Of a stretch of DNA of 52,839 nt, positions 14,201 to 28,704 are shown in pieces. Every line of letters starts with the position of its first letter. Within the stretch, counting starts at the first letter, position 1. The position numbers and the translations under genes were made by a program. The stretch is from Catajapyx aquilonaris. Lineage: Eukaryota. The notes under the pieces are model-generated. The model was not told where the DNA came from. It did not search any database and worked only from the letters and a program-made list of their open reading frames with translations. The stretch is taken from positions 1-52,839 of the forward strand of contig JYFJ02002673.1 in assembly GCA_000934665.2 (NCBI GenBank). The letters run 5' to 3'.

Positions 14201-17200
14201 ATTTACATTATTCCATTTCATTTGAATACTTTTGAAAATATTAATTGTGAAGTGGGTGGTTCGCAAATATACGGAAACTGATTCCAAAGGTGGGACAAAA
14301 GGCGGTGCTCTATTAATGAAACGCATACAGGTGGACCAAATGAACATAAGCCAAATTCAGGATGCTTGACTGATATATAGTCTCATTAATACAGTTATTA
14401 TGCAATCGAGTACCATAGCCATTCTGCTTTACCTGCTTAGTTACAGTCCGTCGCTCGTTGTTACACGTCCCTTTATATACCCTCACACAAAAGGGTACAT
14501 GTACAGGCAAAAAAATGACAACCCCGTCGCTATTCCTACGTGCACCAAAAGCAAACAATGACTCTTGGGAGTCGCGAATGGGGTGAGCTTTCAGCAGCAT
14601 TTGCAAAAAAGAAAAAAAAAAAATCCCCTCTCTGAATGATCGGCTGGGGAATCGAGAAGAAAAGCTGTACCGAGCATCAGTTTTCCAAGGGGAATCTTCC
14701 GAAACGATAGTGCACAAAGGGGAGAACCCCATCCTCCTCACCCCCACCCCGTTCTACCTTCATGCTCTGCCGCTTCCCAACCCTCATCGCCGGAACAGCT
14801 GCTTTCAGAAGTGTATCGTGTTAATTAATAATTAACCGCCGAGCCTACCAGCAAAGTCCTTTTCGCATATCCACATTGCGAACGTGCACCAACAGCTGAA
14901 CGTAAACCGAGCCTGCAATTTTTTTCTGTTCCTCTGCATAAATGACTAATAGCATCCCGGATGTGTGTGGACCGCCTATAAGGATGTGTCAATCGTGATG
15001 GACAATGGATACCATGAACTCATAAGAATCATAAGCTACTGGTGCCATGCAGCTCAGATGTATTGCAGCAGGTCTGGTGCGTGAGGAATCGGATTTGAAT
15101 CGGATCATAACTGGATCAAGGTTAAGGTCGTTTCACACACTCCGGCAGATTCCTGAACGCAGGATATGCAGTCTAATCTCAAAATGGATGCACGAAAAAA
15201 AAAAAAATCAAGACAAATCCCGACATGGCCACAGCCCACCCTTCTACTCCAGGCGTTTGTTTGCATTCACCGTGAAGGTAACATTGACACACATGTCCCC
15301 TTGTTGTTGTTTACAGGCCTTCCACCCCCGTAGCAACACGACGAGGTAATTGAAACGCCTATTTTCCCAGCCAGCTTGAATTTAAAGGGAAAGTGACGTT
15401 CCCAGGGAGGACTTGTTGACCCCAAACTCCTTCCCCTCCCCCTCCCCCCCCCCTTCTAATCAAGGTGGTCACAAGCCGTGGGAAGATAAAAAGGAAATTT
15501 TAGCCTCCCGGCAGCGGAAAACCACTCCCAAACTACCTACCGGTCATGGATAAAAAGAGTACGCACATCCAACAAAAAAACACCATTTCCCAAAACGAGC
15601 TTCTGGCTTGCCACTCCGCCATTCATATCATCCCAGATCGTGCGTATAATTTACGGTAGCATGCATTGAAGCATTGTCTCGTAAAACGATAATTGTTTCC
15701 CATGTACCCCCGTGCCCTGATCTTCCTCATTGTACTACCGGGCAGTAAGGTCAACCCACCCCCATGCCGAAAGACATCTCGTACATATATATACGCTTGA
15801 CCTCAAGTTCATTCCCACACTTTCTGGCACACGACTGCATTCATTTTGTAATGATATCATTTTTACAGGTCCTGTTATTTTCGAAGTACAATAAGTGACA
15901 CTGGTTGTAAAGCGGCCCCGTATTGCTTGACACTGGCACACATGTCACAACCGCAATTTTATGACCTTCCTGACACATCAGGTACACCCTCCCAGGTCCC
16001 AGAATATACTGGGTTGCCTTTTTTTCGCCACGGAGGGTGGTCCAACATCCTATTCTTGAATCTCCACGCTGTGTTATAACTCACCAGCGCGACTTTCAAA
16101 TCATTTACTTGTCGCTTCAACACTAGGGAGTAATCAAACACTAAAAAAAACCGCAACAAAAAACAATGGGTACAAACAGGATGTAGCCTATGCTGTGCTT
16201 TACACAGTTGAAGCTACGCTGCGTTTTCGCGACATGTTAAAATAACTAATAAACAAGCTACTCCTCTAAACTAAATAAAAATAATTAACACACAAAATAC
16301 CGCATGCAAATGTAAATAATATGCCACTAGTAATATTAATTTTAATAATTCGTCATATGCACTATTTCGATCATACAGCTGGAAATCTATACAAACCGTA
16401 GTTCTTCGCCACTTTTTAAATGAATATATATCAAATATTTCCATGTCCCTTATCTGCTCTTCATATAATGTTTCATTGATTTTACATGTATCGGCGGGCC
16501 GGTGGTGCTGTGGTTATTGTTTCAGCTTTCCAGCTCTGAGATCCCGAATTTGATCACTTGGTTGGACAGAGGAATTTCTGACGTGGAAAGAGTTTCGACT
16601 TTCGAGAGGGTTCTCTCCATATTCGCATGGGTTTCGACGTTCTCCAGTTTCTTCTCACAATCAAAATTCAGCAGCGCATCACTCGAATCAAGGCGAGCAT
16701 TTAAAAGAATGTCGGGTAACTTATAATTGTAGTTGTCACACGTGTCGTGGGTAAGCATACATTGCAACTACATATACCAGGTGTCCAAAAGAAAACTCGA
16801 CGAGATTTGAAACCGCGGGTCACCCAACCTGATGGATTACCCACGCCAGCCACTATCTTCACATACCCTACAAGTTATGCAATTAGAACTGCGCAGGTGT
16901 ATGGAAGGTGGCTACATCAGGCAACCTTATCTACAACGTGCGTGAGCAATCCATCACCATCAGCGCCTGCAAGCTGCCAATTCAACCCCATGTTTTCCTT
17001 TCTCCACGGACCACCCTGTGAAACTTCCCCAAACATTGCTGCCCACTTAGGGAGGTAGCCCTGCAAAAACCGTATCAGACCCTTTTTTATTCCAGGAAAG
17101 AAAGGCGACATAATCATTCCCAACTGGTACAAGTAGGTTCACAGTGATCTCCAAGATAAGGGCGGATATCGGGAAACAGGTTCTTAAGGAAGTGATTGGT

Positions 17201-19879
17201 CATGAAGAGGATGCACGGCTCTTTTCAGACCATCACAAAACGAGCGGCCACTGAACAAAAACATAAGATCCACCGAGAGGACCGTGTAAAAGAACTTTGG
17301 TATAAAAAAAAGTAAAGGGGGTGGCCGGATGAAGCCACCTGACCTGACAGCCAATGGGACGGAAAGGATGTAAAGGAAACGGGGTGGAAGGACCAAGAGG
17401 GTGGGGGGATATATAACTACCGGGCATAACATATGGCAAAGGGAAGAATTGCTCCCCTGGGTTGCCATCTTTCAGAAATGAGCCGCCTCCACATTGTCAC
17501 TTTACATGAGAAAAACTGACCAGTTTTGGAGGTGCCCCCATCCGTGGACAGTTGCTCGATAAATCTGAACGGGTCAGCGAGCAATTGCGACCGTTGATCT
17601 CTACCGGGCTATAACAATCGACTTTCCATCTTGTTCCGGGATAAATTTATTGCGACGGCAGATGTTGGATCTCCGGACGGCAGGAATTCTGTTTTGTACT
17701 ATACCAAACGGAGGGGAATTTCCGTTGTTTCCCTTGCAACAAGTATGAGCTGCGACGGCATCAATATTAATTTCTCGCCTTCGGTCGTGATTCAAACAGG
17801 GAGGGGCAGTTTTTTTGTTTTCCTGCGCCCCCTGTGGTTTCCCAAGGGCATAATAGGTGGTCCAGTTTTGCTATTACGAACAGAAACTCCCGCCAAAGTG
17901 TGGGAAACACATGACTAAAAAGTCCCATTCCCACATTATGAAATCTCCGCCCCTCCTGCTGTCCCACGCATTATGAAAAACCGATGCTTAGTGCATTATA
18001 CCATCAAGTTTCCGGCCTCGCTGTTTGGTGTTGCATGCCTTTAATATGATACGAAGCACCCCCTTCTATAGCTGCCTTCGGGCTGGAAGTACGGTAAAAG
18101 CTCTACCCCAACATTCCATTCAAAAAACTTTCTCAACGTGCGTACGACATGTATTGAGTTCGAGGAAACCCCCCCCCCCCCTTTTTTTTTACGAATCACG
18201 ACGCACCGGTACTGGAGCCCAATATATTGTCAGTCATCCTGTTCACGCCCAATTAGTCGCATAGGTACCGTTGCGAAGGATGACAAAAGAAAATTATCTT
18301 CGGGTGCCACTTTTGATCCCTCCTATTGATGCCCCCTGAACTTTCATGTATTGTGAAACGCGGGCGTGCCTTTTGTATAGTTGCACGGTAGAAATTACAC
18401 GCGGGGTTTTCTGACAATGTGGCGCCAAAAAAGAGGCACGATTGTTACCACTGTACGTCACAACTATAATTTCTGCACGGGATTCCCAATTTTGGGATTA
18501 TTTTCAAAACGACCCTTATCGAGAATCCGTATAGCCGTGGAAAAGATCAGATTAGGCGCAATAAATTCTTCACATCCACTTGACCGCATAAATGAGAAAA
18601 GCCCTATTTTTGTAGCAGTTTAAACAACGGGACATTTTTATTACACTTTTGGCACTAGAATTGCAAGCCTACATGAGACGAGTGGCAATATCGCGCAAAT
18701 TGAATTCAAGTTTACAAGGTTGCTGTCAGCCGAATCTGCGATCACCTTTGAATACGTTTAATTCTCGCAGAGAGGCGCAGAAAAAATTGCACCTGAAATT
18801 TGCGCTCATCTCTATCCTCTGAGAGCATACACGAGAGAGCTGCCTGTGGGGCACCAGCCGCATTTCAAAATCATACCGTACCCGTTTTATTTATAGTGCA
18901 ACAGCTAAGGGTGCCAGGTAGAAAAGAATTTGACGTCATGCACAACAGGCACGCACCGGTAAAATTACACTCCTCAACACTTTCTTAAGACATGGAATCC
19001 GGTCGAAATGTCAATGCGCACATCGAACCACTATATTTCCGTCTGCAGACCCTCTCCAACGTCATGAAATCGTTACCGAGGTCGTACTTACAAATGTATT
19101 GGCTTATTCATTTTTATTCCAAAACATTTTTAAATATACAAGCTCCTCCCATCGCACGTTTTCCATCCGGTTTCTATGAATCACCTTGCACTATCCATCT
19201 ACCTACACAACAACGCAGAAAAATGGTCAAATTATATAAGCACGCCTTCATGTTTCAGCATTCGTGGGCACACCAAAATATGCCTAATCTGTTTGCGTAT
19301 TTTGGTGCCCTGCCTACCTGCGTTGTTATTGAACACCCAACCAACCAACCGCACCCCACAACCTTGAATACTCACATCGATTGATCAAATTTTCCCAATC
19401 TTCCTCCGTGTCCTCCTTGCTAGGCATCCTGGTCACCATGTGCGCCCAAATTTAATCAACAACCTCAGCTCAGCAACCTCCCATACTCCCCACACCGTCA
19501 CACCTCACACACAACACATCCTATATGAGCCGCCCGCTTCGAAAACATGTCACATCCTCAGCCGCAACTGCAAACTGTCCTGGATACCGCTCGCAGGAAA
19601 ACAATAGGTGGGAGCCCCACGACTCATCAAAGGCGTGTGCACCTGCCATATGCAAATGCACCCCACCAACACCCCGCTTTAAAAAAAATCACGTGTCCTT
19701 TTTACATACAACTCCCCCGCCCTAGAGAGTGCCCTGTCCTGCGTCCGATTCGAAACGCTGCCGGAGACCGACTCCCTTATGTTTCTCTTTCTAGGCCGGC
19801 AGCTGTCGCTCTCGCAACCGCCCGGAATAAAACGAGTCGCCCTCCCCTTTTCTAGCAAGTGACCCAAGACAGCGGAAGG

Positions 19880-20160
19880 GACCAAGGTCACTACCACGTG
19901 TTGACCTGCCGCCAGCCCCGCCCCGTCGGCCCGCCCGACCAATCAGGAGGCTCCGGGAAGTCCCGCTGATTGGCCACCCGCGCCACGTGCGGCCAAGAGG
20001 ATGGAAAACCGAATATGCAGGCACTCCCCAAAAAAGAATCCTGGGAGAAACCCTCAACAATGGCCATTTTAACGCCCACCGATCAGCCTCGCAATCAAAC
20101 CTAAAAATGACACCCTTGACTACCAAGTGTGAAACAAGCCACGTGCCCGCTGACCAATGT
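19880..20160. promoter_or_regulatory. Candidate promoter/enhancer motif cluster
   Basis: CCAAGGTCA 19882-19890; CACGTG at 19895, 19984 and 20140; TGACCT 19902; CCCCGCCCC 19916; CCAAT 19939 and 20154; ATTGG 19969. Locally GC/CpG-rich. Confidence 0.4.
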
Positions 20161-23100
20161 TTACGGCCCGATTTCGGACACCTACTCTTTACAAATTTCC
20201 TCCGCATTTGCAATAAGGGAGCCCGAGCAACGGCCTTTAGCAACGCCACCTGGCGTCGCAACTTTCATCTCAACTACTCCCCCCAAGCTTTATTTCTTGT
20301 CTACCTCTTCAACCCCTCTGGTTCCAGAGGGCAAGGGACAGGAGCGCCGTCTGCTCCTCTGATTTTTCTTTCCCCCCCATACCCAGCCCCCTCCATCCTC
20401 TTCAGGCCCGGACACACCTGCCTCACCTGCTGTCAGGGGATTGCATGCATGATAACCACCAAACTAGCCCTTTACCGGACACCACTTTTGGCCTTGCATA
20501 CAGCACACACAACCTTTTCCACACAACCGTGAACTATATGAGATCAGGCCCCAAAGCGGTTCTCAGATCTGAAACTGTGGGAATAATTATGGTGGCGTTG
20601 CCCAGAATTCGCAGGCGTTGAAGAAGCTACAGGGTGTCCCAGAATGCACATTACGGGGGGATTTCTGCTTGGCATGCATCAGTCTGATCTGAGCGGATGA
20701 TAATATGAGGGAGCGGTGAAGCATTGTAATACATCACAATAATCTGGCATACCAGGGCATTCTGTGCAACGGGAATTCAGACTTTGAAGCAGTCTGTACA
20801 GGATGTTTCTAAATAAATTCGTTCCCTCCGTAGGGTGGCAAGAGGTCACAGTTGTGGATCGAATATTCTCCTCTGCTGCAACTTCCGGGATGCTGTAGCC
20901 GTCCCGCAGCAGTTAAGTGCCCATTTCGCCATTTGGCGGCCTATGGTGCACATGGGACACCCGATGTGGGTAATTTTGGATGGCAATTACCAGGTGAGTT
21001 GCACACACTTCGACCCGCAACGAGGAACGCACTCATCTCTGGCATACTCAGCGGGTAGGACAATTTAGTGAATCTTTTCAAATGGGAATAATACAAAAAA
21101 CTGTTCAAACTTATTCAGCTACCAAAAGCTATATAGGGTTCACATGTGGGATTACACGTTATTTGAAGGTAACGCTAGTAGTGCAATTGTTGTGGCCAGG
21201 TGCTTATGAAAACGACCATATAACCCCGTAAATCGCCTTAGCACATCGCATTAATCTGCGAACTACTTTTAACGCTTTTATGCCTCGCATATACACTCTA
21301 TTATTCTCTACACAACTACCCAGCACGTTCGTGCAACGCAATAGGAGGCAATATTCGATCTTTTCGGTAGGTAATGTACGACCTTCCTATGTAACGATCA
21401 CTCATAGCCATTCAATAAACAACATTCCCCAAACGACATCGTTGTAACCCTCAGAAAACTTACGAATAGTAAGTGATCGACTGAAACCAAATTGCAGAAA
21501 ATTGGCCTAATTTCCATTCGCCTGCTGATGTTATCCTTGCGGCTATGCACTCTGTCTATCAAGACAGGTGCTGAGGTTGCTGCACCACACAGGATAACAC
21601 CCATGCTTTGATGCAGACAATTCACGCGGAACCCCCACCCCAATATGTGCATTGCGTGCGTGAATTCACCCAGACCTTGACCGTCACACGGAATTATTTA
21701 AATTCTGCACTATAAATGGACCTAATGATTACGTCACCGGGCGTGACGTCCCTCCTGGCCCGTCGTAAGGTCATGTCACACCCACGCTCAAGGTATTTTT
21801 TACACCCAAGTACAGTATAACCACGAACACCCGGAGGAGAATGGCCCTTTACTCTTTAGTCCTCTCTAAACATAAATATGCAAATAAATAAAGAGTTTAC
21901 CTAGACAATGGCCGCAAGTGAAATTAATGCGCGCCGCGAGGTGAGAGTTTGGAGTGGACGGCGCAAGAAGCAAGTTGGACCAGTTTTGCAAGCAGTCGCA
22001 TGTGGAACTTGATTGCAGGTGACCCGGGTCTCTTTTTCTGAGTACGCTGCATCCTTGACTTGTTCAAGAAATTCGCCCTCCCCCACTCCTAGTCCGCCCC
22101 TGGGAAACACATTGTCGCAGCCTTCTCAGAATACAGTAGTGCCCACTTTTTTTGTCCACTGATCTCTCACTCGACAAATCGGATGATGAGTGACAGATCC
22201 TATGGCAGTGTCTTACTTTGACAATAGCAATTTTGTTTTACCATTGGCGGTTCTGCAACTAAAATTTCAAAGTGGCACGGTAAACTGGAGTAAAATAGTA
22301 CCCTAACACGTATGTACTATAATAAGGATAATAAAATAAATCATCGGTTGGTTACGTAGTCATTATGTACGGATAAATTAAACGTCGCTCGCACGAGGTG
22401 ACATACTCCACTTTCACTACTATTCAGAGAGACACAAAATACTGCCAGTCACTAACCCCAATCTCGGGTTGGCCTTGTGCATAACAATGCTTCAATACAT
22501 TCTGCCCTATAGTGTACACGCAATATTCAGAAAATTCCAGCTTGCATTTTGAATACTGACCGAACCGACGCCCACATATTTTAAGGATCCGCAAAAACTT
22601 TTAGGGATTTTTTTTCCAGCGATTACTAAAAACCCTCGAGACAATTTCACTGGCTCGGGAATTTCATTCGATCTCCCGCCTCCCTTGGGTACCCCAAGGC
22701 CACGCTCTGCAATAATTGGCGAACTAGGCCATGGTCTAGAATCGCCAGCACCATCTTCTCATCGCCCATGACACCTGCCAGAAGTCAGCAGGCACTTTTC
22801 CCTTAAAAGTCTTTCTTCAGCTTGTTAACCTTGACGACATTTCGCATCGTAATATTCTATTGTTCCCTCCCACCATTTTTGCAGGGCCAGGTGTTTCTCA
22901 ATATCCTGCAACCCGGGGCGTGCATTTTTTATTTGTATTTTTAAAACCTTTTTCCCCGCCCCGTCAGGCGTAATTGTGTGGGAACAGATGTCTCGGCCAA
23001 TTCGCACTACCCCTGATATGTGAGTATGTCGGATATGACCATTCGGATATGAATGGTATATATCAAGCTGTCCTTCGTAACGAATCGTCCAAATCTAGAT

Positions 23101-25317
23101 CGAAAGGATTTACAACCGCCAATGTGACAGGTCCACAACGCGATATATTGGTACAGTATCTGTAAAGCTATCGGTGTAATCAGCCATAAGAATGCCACGT
23201 CAATGTGCACAAGTGTTACACTTTTAGCGTTTTATTGCTGTCGTCTTTCAATTTCATTCAAGACAACATCACCAGAATGTGCTGTCACAAACATTCGTGA
23301 CCACAATAAGCATTTAGCAACACCTCATTCATGAGTATCTGATATGGCTAGTCCGACAAGCTACTGTAAATAAGCTGGCATGTTATAGTATACCATTTAA
23401 ATCTACTCCAGTTTGGCAAGTATAACATGAGAATTAACCAACAGTAAATATTAATAATGCGTATTATCACAAAAAATTAGGCGTAGTCATTTCAATATTG
23501 GCAAACGCATTAGCGAACAAGCCAACACCGTTCCCAGTACAGTAGTACTTCATGATCACGATAGCTACTGAGGCTTTACCGTCCGGCTGATAAGCCTGGC
23601 TTTTCTATCCGCGAAAAGAATTCTAAAATAGGCCGTGATTGCGCGGAAATGGAACAAGATATGACTTGGCCCGAGCATAATGCAGGCAATATTGGCAAGC
23701 TCCACGATCGACATCTTTAGAAATGACTATTCTTCCTGCTGAACTGTACTTAATTGCGTGGTTACGCCACACGTCTATGACGTACAACTGATTCTGCCAA
23801 CTTGGCTATAGTCCTTCGTAAATTGAATGATATAGTGATGCGCTTCTTCGAAGGGGAAAATAACACGACTTAACCATCGTATTATAGCAAGCAAGTTCCT
23901 GTCAATTCGGATGGATGTTTCGTAAGGTCCTATATACAGGATGTTTCATAATGCGCTGTCGAGAGTTATTTTTACTTTGTAGCAATGCTAACAACAGAGC
24001 TGCAGTGCATTACGTGCGTTAAAAAGGAGGGTGCATGCAATAGCAGGTACGACAAATATAGCACGGATTTTATTCAGTAGGTGACCTATTTAAAAAAAGG
24101 AAATCGCGATTGAATTTTCTCATGCAATGCGTCTAATATTAATATGTCACGCAGTTTCCCTTCAAGAATCCCTATACCTGTCCTGAAAATAGCCACAGCT
24201 GCAGAAAGTAATCGAATTGCTGAATAGCAAGAAATATGAGCATTTCCCATAACGTGCATTCACCTATAGTGTCTCATATCAATCGTCCAGTGCCTGCTGC
24301 ATAGACTTACCATATCCAGTAATGCATAGCGTGACAAATCAGTAATTAGATTAAAATTAACCTGCATCCAATGCATTTCACAACAACTACTGTACGGCGT
24401 GAACCGTCCAGTAACGTCATTACATCAGTAGTGTAACCAATCATTGACAAATGAATTGCAGCTACTTCTAGTCGCCACGTGCGCCCAGTAATAAAACTCA
24501 TCATCGATTGTCACCCTCCCGTCACCGAATACACCACATACCTTCCCATGAATGCCTCTTGTTAGAAACGCTATCTCCAACGCTATTGGGCCTGCCAAAA
24601 ATTGAGGACTGACTGTACTACCGGGCAGGACGCTTCTCATCACACCCCAGTCTGCTTGATACGCCGCCACGAGCTCAGACATTTTCGGATGACGACGTTT
24701 CCTCCCCCTCCCCCCCCCCTCCTCCTCCACCTACTTATAGTATATATGTAAGCGCCCACCCCTGGTATACACCCTCCCTGGTCCTCCCCAACTCAAATGA
24801 ATGGGCGAGGGTGAGTCAGAATTCGGGAGGGATGTTTAATGCCTATGAGTGGAATCGATAACTGTGTAATGTCATCCCACTCCCTCACTCAGGCCCGATA
24901 CTTGCATTTCTGGACGACTTGCAATTGCGTGGGTGGCTATGACTGAAGCTGGGCCATTTCCTTTGAAACACTGATTCATGGAGATTCCCATGACACTATT
25001 GTTGCGAAGAACCCATTTTTTTTTTTTTCGAAATCTTGGAAGCTGATTAATTTTTGGCAATCTCAGCTGACGCCAGGATTTTGCCTCACCTTGCACTGGT
25101 TTTCTAAATGGCTGCATTAAAAAACCAAGGCAGTGTTACGGCTGCCCAGTACCAAGTTCACGGGAGATCCAATCTCTTAACCTGCATTTCTTATTGGTAG
25201 GAATGGCCTGGGAGCCATCATTCAGTTACTGCAATCTCGTTTGTTCATTGATAAGGTTCTAAATTAGTAGGTGCATGGGGCTCCTTTATTAATGTTCGCT
25301 CCAATAATAAATACTAG

Positions 25318-26047
25318 CACTGGTCAACAGCCAAAATGTGACGGTAATAAAATCAGTTATTGGAATAAACTCATCATGCTAAATAAGAATATGACATTTA
25401 AAAGGCATAATTAGCTTTAGTTTTAACACTTCAAATACATACACTTCTGAAGAATGAACATTTTAATCAAACCTTTTAGGGCAATGAGAAAAGAGCTTTA
25501 GATGAACTCAAGGCAGAACAATAGTGCTACAAAGTAATCTCTCAGCATACCAAAGGCTAGGCTACAACATGTTACTGAAAATTCACTTTCTACATTCGCA
25601 TTTGCACTTTTTCTTGGAGAATTGTGGTGCAGTAGGTAATGAAAGGTTCTATCAGGACATTAGATATGGAAAGCAGATACCAATGAAAATATAGCCCTGT
25701 AATGCTTGCTGACTACTCCTTTACTGTAGTAAGAGATGTCCCATATGTTAAGTACAAGCTGCAGGCTAAGAAGAAACATTAAAATATTTTCTTCGTTATA
25801 CAAATCCTTATAATGTATTTTAAAGTTCAACTAATTTGTTAAATGCCATTTCTGGCGAGCTTTCTTATAATTATATTCTCAAGTTCCGCCATACATACAC
25901 TGTACATTATACATATATAATCTAATGATTTTATTTTCAGTACTGATGCTAATTTGTAAAAGTCATTTTAAAATTACAACATTACAACAGATAGTAAAAG
26001 TAATTAATGAACCTGGTAATTAAAAGAGTTAAAATTTTGTTGCCATG
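25318..26047 (+). mobile_element. Internally deleted Chapaev3-like (CMC) DNA transposon relic
   Basis: Left end CACTGGTCAACA; degenerate right end AAAATTTTGTTG-CCA-TG; carries a transposase fragment. Confidence 0.65.
25539..25782 (+). pseudogene. Chapaev3-like transposase C-terminal fragment (frameshift and stop)
   Basis: LSAYQRLGYNMLLKIHFLHSHLHFFLENCGAVGNERFYQDI / MESRYQ*KYSPVMLADYSFTVVRD resembles the MSLKIHFLHSHLDFFPENxGAVSDEHGERFHQDIxxMEKRYQG...MLADYCW motif. Family assignment is from memory. Confidence 0.8.
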
Positions 26048-28704
26048 TATAATGAGCAAGTGTGCACAAATCATGTACTATTTGCACCTGGCCACAGGGT
26101 AGTCCAGCCTAACCTTCCACCTGATGCCCTCATTCCTGTGAGGCACCAATATCAAACCCTACAAGCCTGGAATTTGAAAAAAGATCCCCTCCAGTATCAT
26201 GCAACATGTAACGCTAGACCTGGCATGATGCTCCACCTGCAGGTGAATGGCAATTAACCAAGCAGCATTCCTGGGGGTACCCAGCCATGATTCCTCTTCA
26301 GCCCACGCCTTTCGACCCCCACTATTTCTCTCTCTTAAGTTCACTCTGCCATAATTGGACGCTGTTAAGCAAAACAGTGCCGCTTCTTTTGAAAACGCAA
26401 ATTTCTGCTTTCTTTGTTAAAGAGTGTGAATGCTGTGTTTCACTTTGGCTTTCACCTAGCTGTGCTCAGGACTATAATTCAATTTGGATGGCTTTGGTGC
26501 CAGTACCAATTATTTTCCAGCCAATACTTTAAAGAGCACATTTTCCCATTGTACATCTCTCAAGAATTGCAACTTGAATGAGACCATCGTGGTGAAGCAG
26601 CCAGAATAATGCAGTCTCATTTCCTCTGGAAAAGTTCACAGCACAAAGAACTGAAAAACTTGTTTCACATGAAAGGCAAATTTGTCTGAAACAATTAGAT
26701 CCAAACAGGCTGATCTACTTTACTGACATGCTTTTTTAAAAACATGCTTTGGTACAATGCTACTAATAAGTGGGGACTAGTCTTTCAGCAATCATTCTTG
26801 ACAGCTTCATTGAGAATGATATTCATGCTTTTCAGTAATCATTGCCACTTCATGTGGTTCAAGTTTCTTTCATGGGTTGACACCCTCAACAATTGTGTTA
26901 ATTGAGAGCATCCCACTTGATAGCATTATAACCTCTGGCAAGTTTACCTCATTGATATCCACAGCCCTAGCATGTTTCACACTTGGAAAATCATTACACC
27001 AGTGTGGTAACTACTCTCAGTAAACCTCCTGAACACATGCTATTAACTCAGCAGCCACTGAAACTTGCAATATGTCACTTGACATCAGTAAATTTCTTCT
27101 TAAAAACGAATAAGATATTAAAAACATGCCCCGCATTGACAACCAGTCAACGGAATGCACGAACAACAATGCATTTCTGTTAACAAACAACGAGCGAGTC
27201 TGCCTGAAATAGCCATGTGTGCAGAAACCTCAACATAGTATTGTATGACTGCCCAAGTTATGCCCACACATGCTTGCAAGAACACACGTCAGCATTTCAT
27301 ATCCGCAACTGCCTTGACCACACCTGCTGTCGACAGTGACCAACACCACATTTGTCATTTGTATGGGCAGTCTTGCACATGGCAGTGACATCACCAACTC
27401 CTTGCCAGTGCAAGCTGTACCTAATGCAATTAAGCTAACTTACCATGAAAAGTGAAAGCCTCTGTAACTGCAGAGTGCACCACAGGATTTGTCATCTTCT
27501 TCCCGTCACGTATACCCAAGTCCTTCCACATCTAGTCCTGGTAATATATACACTTTACCCCGCCTTGCATTCACGTGAAACGGACGGAAAATCGCCTGAT
27601 TTGGTCCATCCTGATCGCCACTTTCCGCCTGAGAGCAGGAGCCTCCCAGCACCATCTGTGTACTACGATGAGTCGACCTCCATTATGATGCACCTCCATT
27701 TTCGCCTAAGGTACGCGTCTGGTCATTTAGCCGCCAGCCGCCAGACGTCGCGATTAACCTCCTGTAGGCAAAAAGGCGCGCGCCGCCTCTATTCAAAAAC
27801 CTAAGAGCACTATTACTGTTGCTTGATTCTAACGTCGAAATTTCAGGGCTTACATGCATCATCACAATCTAGTCAATTCTCAATACATGCTGATCATACT
27901 ATTAATTGGTTGTTTGTCTAGGGTGAGTCATCACCTCAACTCAGCCACCACCACCAATCTGTGCATGTAGTATACCACTACCCATTGCTAGTGGCACATC
28001 CTCCCTCTGATCACACATGGCAGTAGGCCTGCATTTGCTGGGTCAGAACACCACCATCAGAGTCGATCACCTACCACTGTCAGGGTTGTAACTAACAAAT
28101 GAATTTTATGACACCTTCCGGCCATTTCATTTCCTATGCAGGCTCAACAAATTGCTGATTGCCAAGTGTGGCAAAGTTGTGCAAGTTCCTCAGCCACTCA
28201 TTTTGCTAATTTTGTGGACTACACATCCATTATTACAATCTCCTATCCCTATTGCATATGGTTGTGTTCATCATTCAGGGCAGGTTTGGCACCAAAAATG
28301 TTGTTTAATTCATATTTTAGTGATACTAATTTGTAATTTCAGTTGTGCCATATTTTGGCAACAGGTTCACTTAGTCAAAATTAAAATACTTTTGTACCAC
28401 AATATACCGTACTCTGGCAGCATGGAACTGTGGAAATAAGTCACTGTGAGAGGCTCACAAAAGACTTGAGCAAAAACAAAAAAACAACAAAAAAACCACT
28501 TGAAAAACATAATGTTACTTAAATTGATATTGCACTAAAATTGCCATGTTGCTTGACCATAATGCTCTAACTCCTCACCCATTGTCAAGCTTACATCACA
28601 TAAGATGGTGCACATAGGTGTCTTTGGGCCAGTTGTTAGTCTTAACAACAAATACCAGCCCAATGAACTTTGCCGACACAGGGTGCAGCCCATGCAGATT
28701 GGTA

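Noticed and set aside
20628..20815. TACAGGGTGTCCC / TACAGGATGTTTC Tc1-like termini (also 23935)
   Set aside because: No matching opposite end located, so boundaries cannot be defined.
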